Source: Heterodontus francisci
Lineage: Eukaryota
Length of the DNA stretch: 64,000 bases
Direction of reading: 5' to 3'
Assembly: GCF_036365525.1 (NCBI RefSeq)
Contig: NC_090388.1
Location: 62,769,726-62,833,725 of the forward strand
Shown: positions 21,895 to 34,543 of the stretch, piece by piece
How the letters are laid out: every line of letters starts with the position of its first letter
How positions within the stretch are numbered: the stretch's first letter is position 1
The notes under the pieces: generated by a model
What the model saw: the letters and a program-made list of their open reading frames with translations, nothing else
The model's database searches: none
Told to the model about the DNA's origin: nothing
Made by a program: the position numbers and the translations under genes

Positions 21895-24800
21895 GTTGAT
21901 GTACATTTGCCATGTTGGCAGTTTCAATTCATTATCAAACTAAGGAGGTTTAAAGCGTTAGTAATCAGGTATAATATTACTGCAACTGAGCAGAAAAGTA
22001 TTCTTTGACATCACAATGGGGAATAGCTAAAGAAATTATTCACACTCTGACTAATATGAGTGATGATTATGATAGTGCTAAATAAGGAGAGACCAATCAG
22101 TTATGCCCAGGAAAAACACTACACAACAATCCATTTTCACATGGTTGAACAAAATGTGAAAGAGAGTATGCAATGGTTTATACAACTAAGGCAGTTGCCA
22201 CAGCAAAATATTAATAGCAGAATGTAAATTGAATCCTTCAAACATAGCATATTTACAACAAGTTCTATCAATAAACTTTAGACAAAAGCTGCGATCTTTT
22301 GGTTGCTATTACAGAGACTTGGTGTTGTTGCTATTACAGAGACTTGGTTGAGGGAAGGGCAGGGTTGGCAGCTAAATGTTCCAGGCTTTAGATGCTTCAG
22401 GCGGGATAGAGGGGGATGTAAAAGGGGTGGGGGAGTTGCATTACTGGTTAAGGAGAATATCACAGCTGTACTGCGGGAGGACACCTCAGAGGGGTCATGC
22501 AGCGAGGCAATATGGGTGGAGCTCAGGAATAGGAAGGGTGCAGTCACGATGTTGGGGGTTTACTACAGGCCTCCCAACAGCCAGCAGGAGGTAGAGGAGC
22601 AGATATGTAGACAGATTTTGGAAAGATGTAAAGGTAACAGGGTTGTGGTGGTGGGTGATTTTAACTTCCGCAATATTGACTGGGACTCACTTAGTGCTAG
22701 GGGCTTGGATGGGGCAGCATTTGTGAGGAGCATCCAGGAGGTCTTCTTGAAACAGTATGTAGATAGTCCAACTAGGGATGGGGCCATTCTGGACCTGGTA
22801 TTGGGGAATGAGCCCGGCCAGGTGGTTGAAGTTTCAGTAGGGGAGCATTTCGGGAACAGTGACCATAATTCCATAAGTTTTAAGGTACTTGTGGATAAGG
22901 ATAAGAGTAGTCCTCGGGTGAAGGTGCTAAATTGGGGGAAGGCTAATTATAACAATATTAGGCAGGAACTGAAGAATTTAGTTTGGGGGCGGCTGTTTGA
23001 GGGTAAATCAACATCTGACATGTGGGAGTCTTTCAAACGTCAGCTGATTAGAATCCAGGACCAACATGTTCCTGTGAGGAAGAAAGACAAGTTTGGCAAG
23101 TTTCAGGAAGCTTGGATAACACGGGATATTGTGAGCCTAGTCAAAAAGAAAAAGGAAGCATTTGTAAGGGCTGGAAGGCTAGGAAGAGATGAAGCACTTG
23201 AGGAATATAAAGACAGTAGGAAGGGACTTAAGCAAGGAGTTAGGAGGGCTAAAAGGGGTCATGAAAAGTCATTGGCAAACAGGATTAAGGAAAATCCCAA
23301 GGCTTTTTATACATATATAAAGAGCAAGAGGGTAGCCAGGAAAAGGGTTGGCCCACTCAAGGACAGAGATGGGAATCTATGCGTGGAGCCAGAGGAAATG
23401 GGTGAGGTGCTAAATGAGTACTTTGCATCAGTATTCACCAAGGAGAAGGACTTGGTGGATAATGAGCCTAGGGAAGGGAGTGCAGATAGTCTCAGTCATC
23501 TCATTATCAAAAAGGAGGAGGTGTTGGGTGTCTTGCAAAGCATTAAGGTAGATAAGTCCCCAGGACCTGATGGGATCTACCCTAGAATACTGAGGGAGGC
23601 AAGGGAAGAAATTGCTTGGGCCTTGACAGAAATCTTTGCATCCTCATTGGCTACAGGTGAGGTCCCAGAGGACTGGAGAATAGCCAATGTTGTTCCTTTC
23701 TTTAAGAAGGGTGGTAAGGATAATCCAGGAAATTATAGGCCGGTGAGTCTTATGTCAGTGGTAGGGAAACTATTAGAGAGGATTCTTCTGGACAAGAATT
23801 ACTACCATTTGGAAACAAACAAACTTATTAGCATGGTTTTGTGAAGGGGAGGTCGTGTCTTACTAATTTGATTGAGTTTTTTGAGGAAGTGACGAAGATG
23901 ATTGATGAGGGAAGGGCGGTGGATATTATCTATATGGACTTTAGTAAAGCCTTTGACAAGGTCCTGCATGGCAGACTGGTGCAAAAGGTGAAGTCACACG
24001 GGATCAGAGGTGAGCTGGCAAGATGGATACAGAACTAGCTCAGTCACAGAAGACAGAGGGTAACAGTGGATGGGTGTTTTTCTGAATGGAGGGATGTGAC
24101 AAGTGGTGTTCCGCAGGGATCAGTGCTGGGACCTTTGCTGTTTGTAGTATATATAAATGATTTGGAGGAAAATATAGCTGGTCTGATTAGTAAGTTTGCG
24201 GACGACACAAAGGTTGGTGGAGTTACGGATAATGATGAGGATTGTCAGAGGATACAGCAGGATATAGATCGGTTGGAGACTTGGGCGGAGAAATGGCAGA
24301 TGGAGTTTAATCCAGACAAATGTGAGGTAATGCATTTTGGAAGGTCTAATGCAGGTGGGAGGTATACAGTAAATGGCAGAACCCTTAGGAGTATTGACAG
24401 GCAGAGAGATCTGGACGTACAGGTTCACAGGTCACTGAAAGTGGCAACGCAGGTGGATAAGGTAGTCAAGAAGGCATACGGCATGCTTGCCTTCATCGGT
24501 CGGGCATAGAGTATAAAAATTGGCAAGTCATGTTGCAGCTGTACAGAACCTTAGTTAGGCCATACTTAGAATATTGTGTGCAATTCTGGTCGCCACACTA
24601 CCAGAAGGACGTGGAGGCTTTGGAGAGGGTACAGAGGAGGTTTACCAGGATGTTGCCTGGTCTGGAGGGCATTAGCTATGAGGAGAGGTTGGAAAAACTC
24701 GGATTGTTTTCACTGGAACGACGGAGGTGGAGGGGTGACATGATAGAGGTTTACAAAGTTATGAGCGGCATGGACAGAGTGGATAGTCAGAAGCTTTTTC

Positions 24801-26000
24801 CCAGGGTGGAAGAGTCAGGGGACATAGGTTTAAGGTGCGAGGGGCAAAGTTTAGAGGGGATGTGCGATGCAAGTTTTTTACACAGAGGGTGGTGAGTGCC
24901 TCGAACTTGTTGCCAGGGAAGGTGGTGGAAGCAGATACGATAGCGACGTTTAAGAGACATCTTGACAAATATATGAATAGGAAGGGAATAGAGGGATATG
25001 GGCCCCGGAAGTGCAGAAGGTGTTAGTTTCGGCAGGCATCAAGATCGGCGCAGGCTTGGAGGGCCGAATGGCCTGTTCCTGTGCTGTACTGTTCTTTGTA
25101 CCATTGTTAATTGGCAGAAGATGTGGAAAATGAGACAAAGGTTATTGTTGACAAGTTAAATATTCAGCAGCAAAAACAAAATAATGGGGCATAAAAGCTA
25201 TCTCAGTGATTGTTATTTATGTGGTAGGGAATATCATGTCAACAAATATGAGAAGATGAACCATTTTTCAAATTGCTTCCACTCACAAAGAAAATTTATG
25301 GTTCAAGAAGCAGAGAGCCAAGATGCAACTATAGAAACAGGGCAGTAAACAAACAGACAAAATATGCTAAATTGTAAACAGCTTACAGAGCAAAATTAAT
25401 AGTAGCTAATAAGAGGACACATGTCTGCTTCTGCTAATGAAGAAAACTAGAACAAAATGTAAAGATGCAACAACATTGGAGGTGAACCATTGAAGTATTG
25501 GTTGATTCAGGGCACTCAAGAAACCTTATTGCTGACAGAAAGTTCATGGAAATTAAGCAAAATGCAGGTTCAAAGCTGGGACCACAGAACTATCTTCACT
25601 GAAATGTTCTAACACTTCTCTGTTAGATTTCACTCAGTTCACAAGAATGATAAAGGCAGCAGTATATTTTATGATTGGTAATGATGGATTTCTTCTGACC
25701 CTAGCTGGCACAAGAATTACAGTTGCTAAGCATAAGTGATGGAATAAAAATCCTTCAAAGGCACTGGTAAGCTAAAGTTTGTTCAAGTGGAACTACACAC
25801 ATATAAATCTATGCAGCTTGTCACACAATAACATGATAAATGCCATTCCCAGAAAGAAAATCAAGGGAAAGCTAAAAGAGCTAACATAAAATTATGTAAT
25901 TAAAATAGTACATGATACAATTGCCTGTACCAAAACCTAGAAATCCTGATAGTGTCCAATTATGTGTAAGCATGTGTGCTATAAATGAAGCAGAGTGATA
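21895..26000 (+). mobile_element. Heavily decayed Gypsy gag-protease-RT remnant (21895-22300 and 25100-26000), split by a CR1
   Basis: Gag-like LRRFKALVIRYNIT and QLRQL, knuckle-like CYLCGREYH at about 25211, protease VLVDSG at about 25495, RT-start LPVPKPRNPDSVQLCVSMCAINEA at about 25921. Confidence 0.6.
22302..25099 (+). mobile_element. Relatively young CR1 LINE, nearly complete ORF2 (EN-RT) and 3' UTR
   Basis: 513-aa ORF 22303..23844 (ITETWL, GDFN, SDH, NYRPVSL), then ORFs 23841..24038, 24066..24509 (FADD) and 24530..24895. Ends GTGCTGTACTGTTCTTTGT. Confidence 0.96.
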
Positions 26001-26034
26001 TGACTCTCTACTTGAAATTGTGCAAGAGAAAGTC

Positions 26035-26760
26035 CAATCATCTACTCTTGACCTTCAATCTCACCAGCATTGCCGAGTCCCCCACTATCAACATTTTGGG
26101 GAGTTATCATTGATTACATGTTGAACTGAACTAGCTATATCAACATGATGGCTACAAGGGCAGGGCAGAGGCTGAGTACTCTGTGACATGTGACACATAT
26201 TCTGACCCCTCAAAGCATCTCAATCAACCACAAGGTTCAAAACAGGAATTTGATGGAATACACACCACTCACTTGGATGAGTGCAGCTGTATTAACACTC
26301 AAGAAGCTTATTAACTTTAAGTACTAATCAGTTAATTTGATTAGTATCCTGCTGCTGGACTCGAGATCAACTCCCTCCACCACCAGCACACTGTTTGCAG
26401 TAGGTATAATCCACAGGATGCACTGCAGCAACTCATCAAGGTTAATTAACAGCAACCACCACCCCTGCAACCTCAACCACGAAAGACTTGAGCAGAAATG
26501 TTGCAGGAACAATGTCACCTCCAAGTTCCCCTCCAAGGCATATTCTGACTTGGATATATATCACCATTCCTTGATGATGGCTGGGTCAATATTTTGGAAT
26601 TTCCTACCTAACACCATTGTGGGAGCATCATTAGCAGAAGGATTGCAGCAGTTCAAGAAGAAGGACCACCACAAACTTCTGAGGGAAACTGGCATGGGCA
26701 ATAAATGCATCCTTGTCAGTGTTACCAACTTTGAGAACAAATTTGATGGAAAAAAAAATC
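26035..26760 (+). mobile_element. Old 3' fragment of the tRNA-headed LINE family
   Basis: Colinear with about 8840-9560 (ATGCACTGCAGCAAC, AAGTTCCCCTCCAAG, GGGCAATAAATG). Confidence 0.8.
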
Positions 26761-29700
26761 TCGAGTTAGATCTGAGATTCTGATTGGCTGGCTCCACTGG
26801 AAGAACTGTGGCCAAATAGGCCATATGTTCACTGTTGAAGGCAGACTCAGGCACTGTCCCAAATTATGGTAATGGAGTCATCTGTGTAATTTCAAATATG
26901 CAACCCATACCTGGAAGGCAGCATCAGTGCTGCCCAAGCTGTTGGAAGAAAAATCAGTGCCATACTGCATTAGTCACATCCAACATATGTCCCAGTCCTT
27001 CCACCCTACAATCAACAGCATCTGCCTAAAAATCAAAATACATATTTATGTCATCTAACATTGCAACACCAACTACACCTGCAGCTGTGAGTCTCTAGTG
27101 TCAGTCTGAAGTGCTCTTCTACCTAATTTGGTCCTTCTACAGGGTGTAGCCTCAGTGGCTGCAACACAGGAGGATGACTTCTGCAGTTTATTCAAGGACT
27201 CAAGAGAGAGATACTCATGGTCAGCAAGCTCTAAGGGCTTATGTATGAATGGGCTCACCTGCAGACTGGGACAACTTCACACCTGCTGCGGCAGTCTGAC
27301 CCAGTTTGCTTTCTAGCACCAGGGCAAGCTTTCAATCGGGGGAGATATCACAAGTTAATGAAGTGTTGCCAACCTGGGAGATAGCAAGCTGGCATTATAC
27401 TCTTGCCATTGCATGGTTGCCCCGCTACTTGGCAGTCGCTCACACACCCAATGATTGGCAGAACAGACTTTAGGAGATCAGTGTCAGTATTCTTGAGAAC
27501 ATAGTTCGACACACTTTTCCCTTCCAATTCTTTTTACACACACACTCACATACACTCACACATTTTATATGCTTGATATGTTTCATCAAGTTAAGAGTTG
27601 TCAGTTCAGGGGCTATTTAAGATTCATTTTCATGTTGCACCCACTAAGAATTTTGAGTCAAATAATAGCTTGAAGCAGATTCAATGCTGAGTTCCATTAC
27701 ATTGTGACTCAGAAGCGCCCATATCAAATCAATGTGGAACTTCTATTCTTTTTATGCTCAGGAGCTCTCTCAGTATGAGACTGATGTATTATTACCAATT
27801 AGTGTTGAATTCAAGACATAACTCATTTCTTGTGTGACCCATGAAGGTTAAGAAAAAAAGAAAACCTTTATCCCTTTAGCCAGGCTCAATTCATGCCTTG
27901 GTTCCAGAGGTGAAAAGAGAATGTTTAAATGCACTGTGCTACTCAACATCTTTTTAAAAAAATCTGACACAGCACATACTTCAAAATTATAGAAGATGTC
28001 TTTTTTTTTCAACTCTGTGGTAGCCAACTCGATGATGTCAGACATTTAACAAAGCAGCAGTGATTGCAATGACCACAAAATAGAGGTTTAATCATTTTCA
28101 TTCCTAATGTCAGCATTCTGAAATTAAAATGATGATTCGTAAAAGGGTCACAATATTTGAATGGTGAATTTTGGTCAATTTTCTCTATTTTCAAATAATA
28201 ACTATGGAAACCTCACAAATTAACTTTAACTAACTAGTAGTTCTGGTAGAGTGACAAGTCTTTGGCAAAGGCTCTTTATTTCAATACCATAGGAAAATGA
28301 AAAAGAGTAAAAGACTTTGGGTGTCAAAATTTTACCTTCAGAAATAGTTAACACCTCTAAACTAATTGGGGTTGAGTGGAGACTAAAGTACATGCATCTA
28401 TTTGCTAAGACTGTACAGTCTCTTGCTGAATTACAAGCAAAAGGCATCTGGGTTTTGTCCACTTCAAATGCTTTTTCAACTAAAAAGATTTAAGAATGAG
28501 TGGGAGGCCATAATTAAGGTCACTGAACTCACTATAAGCTGCGTCATTTCCCAGTACTGACAGAACAGTCCAGTTTTTTAAAAAGTGACTCACCATATAG
28601 TGACAGGGAAAGTGAGCCTGATGCCCTATTTATGTGCTCAAAATAGGAACACATGGCTGTTACAACTCTGCGAAACTAATTTGGTCAATGATTTTACAAT
28701 AGCACCTTTAAAAGAAAAATATAAATATTTCAGATTCTACTCTACGTTGGAAAACTTAAAATTTGTCTGCCAATAGACTGCCTGATTGTTACTGTTTGAA
28801 TGGACATTTGTCAGCCTTTTAAGAGTCTGATAAAAATTAAATGTGAAAACTACTGCAGCAGATACTGGTCTCAAATCACAGGCCCTCATTCTTTTTTATC
28901 TGGAATTATATGCTGAGTCTGTACAAACTGAAAATAAATAATCCTCCTTGGAAGAAAATACCATTAACTACCTTTGAAGATCAACAGTGGAAATCTATCC
29001 AAGGGTTAATATTTAGTGCTATTTACCAGTTTTAAAAAAGCCTTAATAACACTTTTTTCTTCCCTGTATATAGACATGCCTAGTTTCACAAGTATAACCT
29101 ATTTGAAAGCAAGGGGTACTCTAAAGAAAGGTAAAAAGTAGAAATCACATTGTTTGGGAAAGAATGACTGCTGTCGCTTACAATTCATCTGGACTTGGTT
29201 TTCACCACATTCTGGATAACGAAAAACCATGTTATTTCAATTCCACAGAGAACAGTAAAACACATGTGTAAAAGCTGACACTTTGCTGTTCCCCAGTACA
29301 GTACTGCTGTGGTTAGGAATGCAGTAAACAAGACAAGACATAGGGCACAGTCTCTTGAACTGCAGGAAAAATATACAAAGAAACATTTTTTAAATAATGT
29401 CTTGAAATCTGGAAGCGATTCAGTAAAATAATTTTTTAGGTTGCAGGCTGCTTAATTTTTGTTTGCAAACAGACATCATGATCACAAAGAAGTGCTGAGG
29501 TCAGATCCTTACTGCTGACATTTAGTTATGCTAAAACTCATGCAGAGCAGAGAGATTTTACCATTGTCAGGATGTTCAATTAATTAATTAAGTTTAATTA
29601 ATTCTGTTATCAAAATCCGGGGGCCAGAGAAAATCAAAAAGTTTGATTATTGCAAAAATCCAAGATACATTTTGTTGGCTAGTAGCCCAGTTTGCAGAGC

Positions 29701-30861
29701 AGTGACATTACCTTTAGCACTGTCCACAGAAGTTTCAACTCCCAACAACACTTTGGGGTTTAAAATGGCCACGAGCTATTGGAGCAGCTTCGTAGCTGAA
29801 AAAAATGCACCCCAAGTATTTAAATCTATTGTTTTTCACATAAACAACATAAGTACCAAAGCATAAAACCAATACATGGGAGTGATATCGCAATTGTTTT
29901 TAATTTACAGTATAATGGAGAACGCCATGGTGACCAGAACAATGCATCCATGCTAAAAGAGCCTAGGAAGAATATAGTTTCATGCAAAGACTTTATTTGT
30001 TGTGGCTTGTGAATATTTGATCACAAAAAATTCCAAATATTAAACCTTAGGTTATGGCTACTGGTAATTCTGGAAAGCACAAATTGCAGATGCAAAAATA
30101 AAAATAACTACTTGATTGACAGGTGAAGGACATAATAAAATTTGCAATGGAAAAGGTCGGAACCTTTTGGCTGACCAGCTGCTTACTCATTGCTTGAGGA
30201 TTGGCATCATCATATAAAGCTGCATAATAAACCTCATTGCTTTATTTTATGAATTTTGGGCAAAGAAGTTCATTGTTTAAAATCACAACAATGTAATACT
30301 GCAGTTGTTATCTGCTTGGACTCTTACTTGCTGTGTCCTTCTGTCAGTCAAGCAGATGTATCCATAAGCCTTGAGGCTCAATTCAATACAACTGAGTGTT
30401 TCAAGTACAACAGATATGTGAAATGGTGATTTTAGAAAAGCAGGCCACAAATTATACTAATTTTTCATCCCATTAAAAACTACTGAAAATAAAATTTAAG
30501 ACCATTATCTGTATCCAAAGTACAGATTGTGTGTTCCAAGCTTTCCAACTACCCACTTCTCTTTGATGTAATTTTCCATTTTGTGTTTGGGTGGATTTTG
30601 GAAGGGAAATAACAATTATAGATGGAGTTGCTTAAAAGCCCAGTAATTAGCATCTTTTTGGTAGGGGGGTGGGGGGGGGGGGGGGGGGGGAAGAGGGCGG
30701 GTGGCATAACAGGAAACAGGAAAATAAATAAGTAACATACATTTGTTAAATAGGGTGGAGATGAGAAACCTTTTAATTTGTGACCTTACCACAAAGATGA
30801 AATATATAAAAAAACAGACACAAGCGTTAGCACAACAAAGGAAGTGGAAGAAAAGGTTTAC

Positions 30862-30951
30862 CCATGTGCAGCCGCCGTTTCACCCGCTTGTCCACATCAG
30901 CTACTGACGTGGCATTGTACTCAGAGCTCTCAATTGCAGCCTCATCCTTCT
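30862..30951 (-). CDS. SCUBE1: SCUBE1-like 90-nt exon between EGF5 and EGF6 (spacer with a furin-type site)
   Basis: Polypyrimidine tract ...gtgttttag|AG AAG GAT GAG...CAC ATG G|gtaaac, phase 1-1. Encodes (E)[29 protein letters not shown], matching the DKRVKRRL spacer recalled from SCUBE1/2, in frame with the EGF5 exon. Confidence 0.9.
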
Positions 30952-33900
30952 CTAAAACACAAGTAAAGGGACAAACATGGAGCAGTCGATTAACCAGGAG
31001 CCCAATCTTTCTGCCTGCTACGACAGCTGCTTGGCATTGACTAACCAAACAAAAAAAAATCAAGAAGTAAGCCATGAAGCACTAAATCCTTGTTAGAGTG
31101 TTAATCCTGCTTGGAGTCTGAAGAAAATCTAAAATAAAAAGAGGGACAAGATCGATTCTTAAAACTATTACAAAAGAAAACTACAAGATTCTTTTTCAGA
31201 AAATTGTACAGAAACTAAGCATTATAATAAGATTTGAAATAGTGACATAGAATATAGGAAATGAATGGAAAGATTGTAGAAAATATAACATTAGCAATTC
31301 CAATGCAAGAATATCATGAGAAAATGGAGATAAAAGAGTTCATGATTTTTGAAGACTAATATTGGTCATCAAGAGAGTCTTACAGGGAGAGACACAGAAC
31401 GTAAGGACCCAGTGATGGATGGACATGGGAAGACAATAATCTTCCACAGTAACACAACGTGGAAAAAGTGTGGGTGTGGGGGGGTGGGAAACAGTCTGCA
31501 TGCAAACAGGAAAACATCAATCGGGCAGTGCTGGTTGCCTGCTTGTCTATGGAACACACCACAACTGGCTAAACAGTCAGGACTAGAAACAATGTTCCAA
31601 GGATCGGCCTCGGCAAGAATTGACATGCAGTCAATGAGTGTCAGTACAAGAAAATGTTAGCAACACAGCCATTAAGGTTAGTCTCTTGTTCATGTGCAAG
31701 GGTCTTACAGAGAGAGAGATTGAGAGAGAGAAGTTGACACGCAACATTAGAATATAAATTACAATGGGATTAGACTTGTTAATTACATTAGCAAAAATGA
31801 AACAGAATAATTCAAAGGCAGAAAAGGAAGGGATAAAGAAGTTAAAACAGGTTCCTTCCCAGTCATTCAGTGGAGGAACAGACAGCTTAAGTAGGGTTGT
31901 ATGAATGATGATGCAATAAATAAGAGAATCATAAGAGATTGTAACAAAAAGTTCTAGTACTTGTACATGCAGCAAATGCAATCAGAACAGAAGGCAAATA
32001 ATAAATAGGCTAGATTTTATTTCAAAATCAAAAGGCTGCAGTTTTAAGGGTGACATTGCAGAACATTTGCAATCTTTCAGTGATGTCACAATTCCACATC
32101 ACTTCAGATGGCAAACAATAATGAATTGGATGAGTTCGGAAAAGTGTTTCAGTGGCACCCATGTATGTTTTAACAAGATTGAGATTTTTTGTTTAATATA
32201 TATAGAAACTAGTTCTCTGTGGGATCAGGCTGCAATAGAGGCTTTATTTTGTGTTTCTTTTCTTTCTAAAGAGTTGTTTTTGTTTAAAAGAGTCACTTAT
32301 ATATCAAAATCAACAATGCTCAGACAAGACAGGCAATCAGGAACCATCACCAGAAAGCAGAGGAAATAAAGGTTTTCCTAAAGGAGGAACTAAATATATA
32401 GAAGTTGGCACAGGCAGTTAAAGTAATATGGATCATATGACCAAGATATAGTAATCTCCAAGGCTGTCAACATTAGCTGACTTAAATGTTATCTTAGAAC
32501 ATACATAGGAAGTTTCAAGCTTTTGTGAAGAACAAAAAGTAATAGGACAGATCAACACACAGAATATGTTGTATTTTACCAACATCTGGTTCAAATACAA
32601 CATTCATTTTTTTCTCCATGAAACAAACACTGATTTAAAAAAAAGTTACATCCTGAACATGAAGATACTGCAAGCAGACACAAAAATGTCATTAGAAATG
32701 GTAAAAAGCACCAAATAAATGATATAGCTAATATACTCCCATTATGATGCACAGCAAAGTTCCAAATGATGTCCTTAGGCCAATTAGATACAAGCAGCTA
32801 AGCTAGACAGTTGACATATATCTTCCATAAAATATGCACAATGAAATAAAACTTACCTTTGCTGAATTTCAATGTACTGTATTTAGTTTGATGCCAATAA
32901 AATTTTCCTTAAAAGCACATGCCTTAGTTGGGTTCTAAGTGTAGGTGAACACATTGCGTAGCAGGCAGTCTTGACTCTGAGCAATAATCGTGGAGGTCAT
33001 ACACTCCACCATCACTGAAACATGGTCCTTAGGAGTTGAGCATGTTGCTTGTTATGAGGTGCATGCAATGGTTAATGTTCCAAAAAGCATATCAAAAGAT
33101 GTAACATCAAAAACTTTAGGATCCAGGATATCAGCATAGCTAGGAATTTTATGATGAGCATAGGGTATAATAGCAAAAACTGGTTAAATATGAGCATACC
33201 TTTAAGTCAGAGCCTTAACATTCTAAGAGCACAAACCAAAGCATTCTTTGCATTGGTAGCATATGGTTAACTTGTTAGACATAATATGGCACATAAAATG
33301 ATGTTAATAGATTTCAATATTAAGCAGAAAATGATCTTACCTTGCAAAAAGGATTGGGAATACGAATCCCCAATCCTTTTTCATTAACATCTCCTACTGC
33401 CCGCCTCCCCCCCCCACCACCCACAACAACATGGCCACCACCCCAATCCACCCCATTGCTGCCCTTGGCCATATTTAGTCCAGCAATTAAGAAAATTCAG
33501 TTTAACTGCAAGCCTAATGTGAAAAATGTTCTTTGAACTTTTGGGTCCAAGTAGCATGGTTTTGTTTTTGTAGCTTGCAGTTTTGATGACCAAATAATCA
33601 TGAATAACAGAAAATATTACCACCTGCTTCTGGGAGGAATAGGGAGCATGTAACACTCTGGTGCTTATAGAAAACCCAGGAATAGGTAATTTCAATGTAA
33701 ATTCTTTGCACAGTGTGATTAATACCTGGAATAATCTTTCAGGTAGGATAGTGGAGGCAAGAACTCTGGAATCTTTAGGTGCTGTGATAAGGGACAGTAG
33801 GTTTCTATAGAAGATTAAGCTAGATGGACTGACTTGCTTCCCTGACCTACATTTCACTGTGAATTGTCTCAAGTTAGAATATTCTCACCACAGAACTTCA

Positions 33901-34543
33901 GTTATTGATGGTAACAATAATAGGCAGACCATCTATAAAGTATTAGACATTAATGGAATGCAGACATTTTAGAAGAGAAGTAGATGTTTGAATGATTTTG
34001 TTTCTAGGTTAGTTTCAAAAGTTTCCAAGTCAAATCAATCTGTAATGAAACAGTTTTACTCTTGTTACAATAGTCAATATGTTTTGCAAATATAATGTCA
34101 ATCTACTTCTTGTGTTGCATTTTACTTGAATTTTTAGCAATACCTTTAAATCAATTAGTTTCAAATTAGCTGAACATCAAACTGAATCATGGCACATGAC
34201 ATTCATGACATTCTGTCATGAATTTAAACATTTACACATCACATTACTTTTCAGTGATTATGGTTCTTGCAAATGACCCAGAGTTCTTGAAGCTGTAAGC
34301 CTCTTTAGCTGGTGTTAATTATCATTGATTAATTCTCCAACTAAAATTTAAAAATGAGTTGGCTTGTTTGTAAAATAACAAACTGATGTTAAAAATACCA
34401 TGGTTTCCTCATAAATGATCTTGCAAGACAGTTTGGTAGGTTTGTAAACAGAGGTGTACGTAAATATAATGTTTAATTTGCTGATGCAACAGTGATCATA
34501 TTTTCTAGACACTGAAGACTTGAAATTACCATTGGCAATGAAT

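Noticed and set aside
26800-27500. Cys-containing short ORFs (26835..27029, 27073..27258, 27128..27316) as the missing EGF6 exon
   Set aside because: None matches CAVNNGGCDRTC or EGF spacing. Probably an unrecognised decayed repeat.
31369-31626. Minus-strand 85-aa ORF as an additional SCUBE1 exon
   Set aside because: No EGF cysteine pattern or other SCUBE similarity, and only a weak donor with no clear acceptor.
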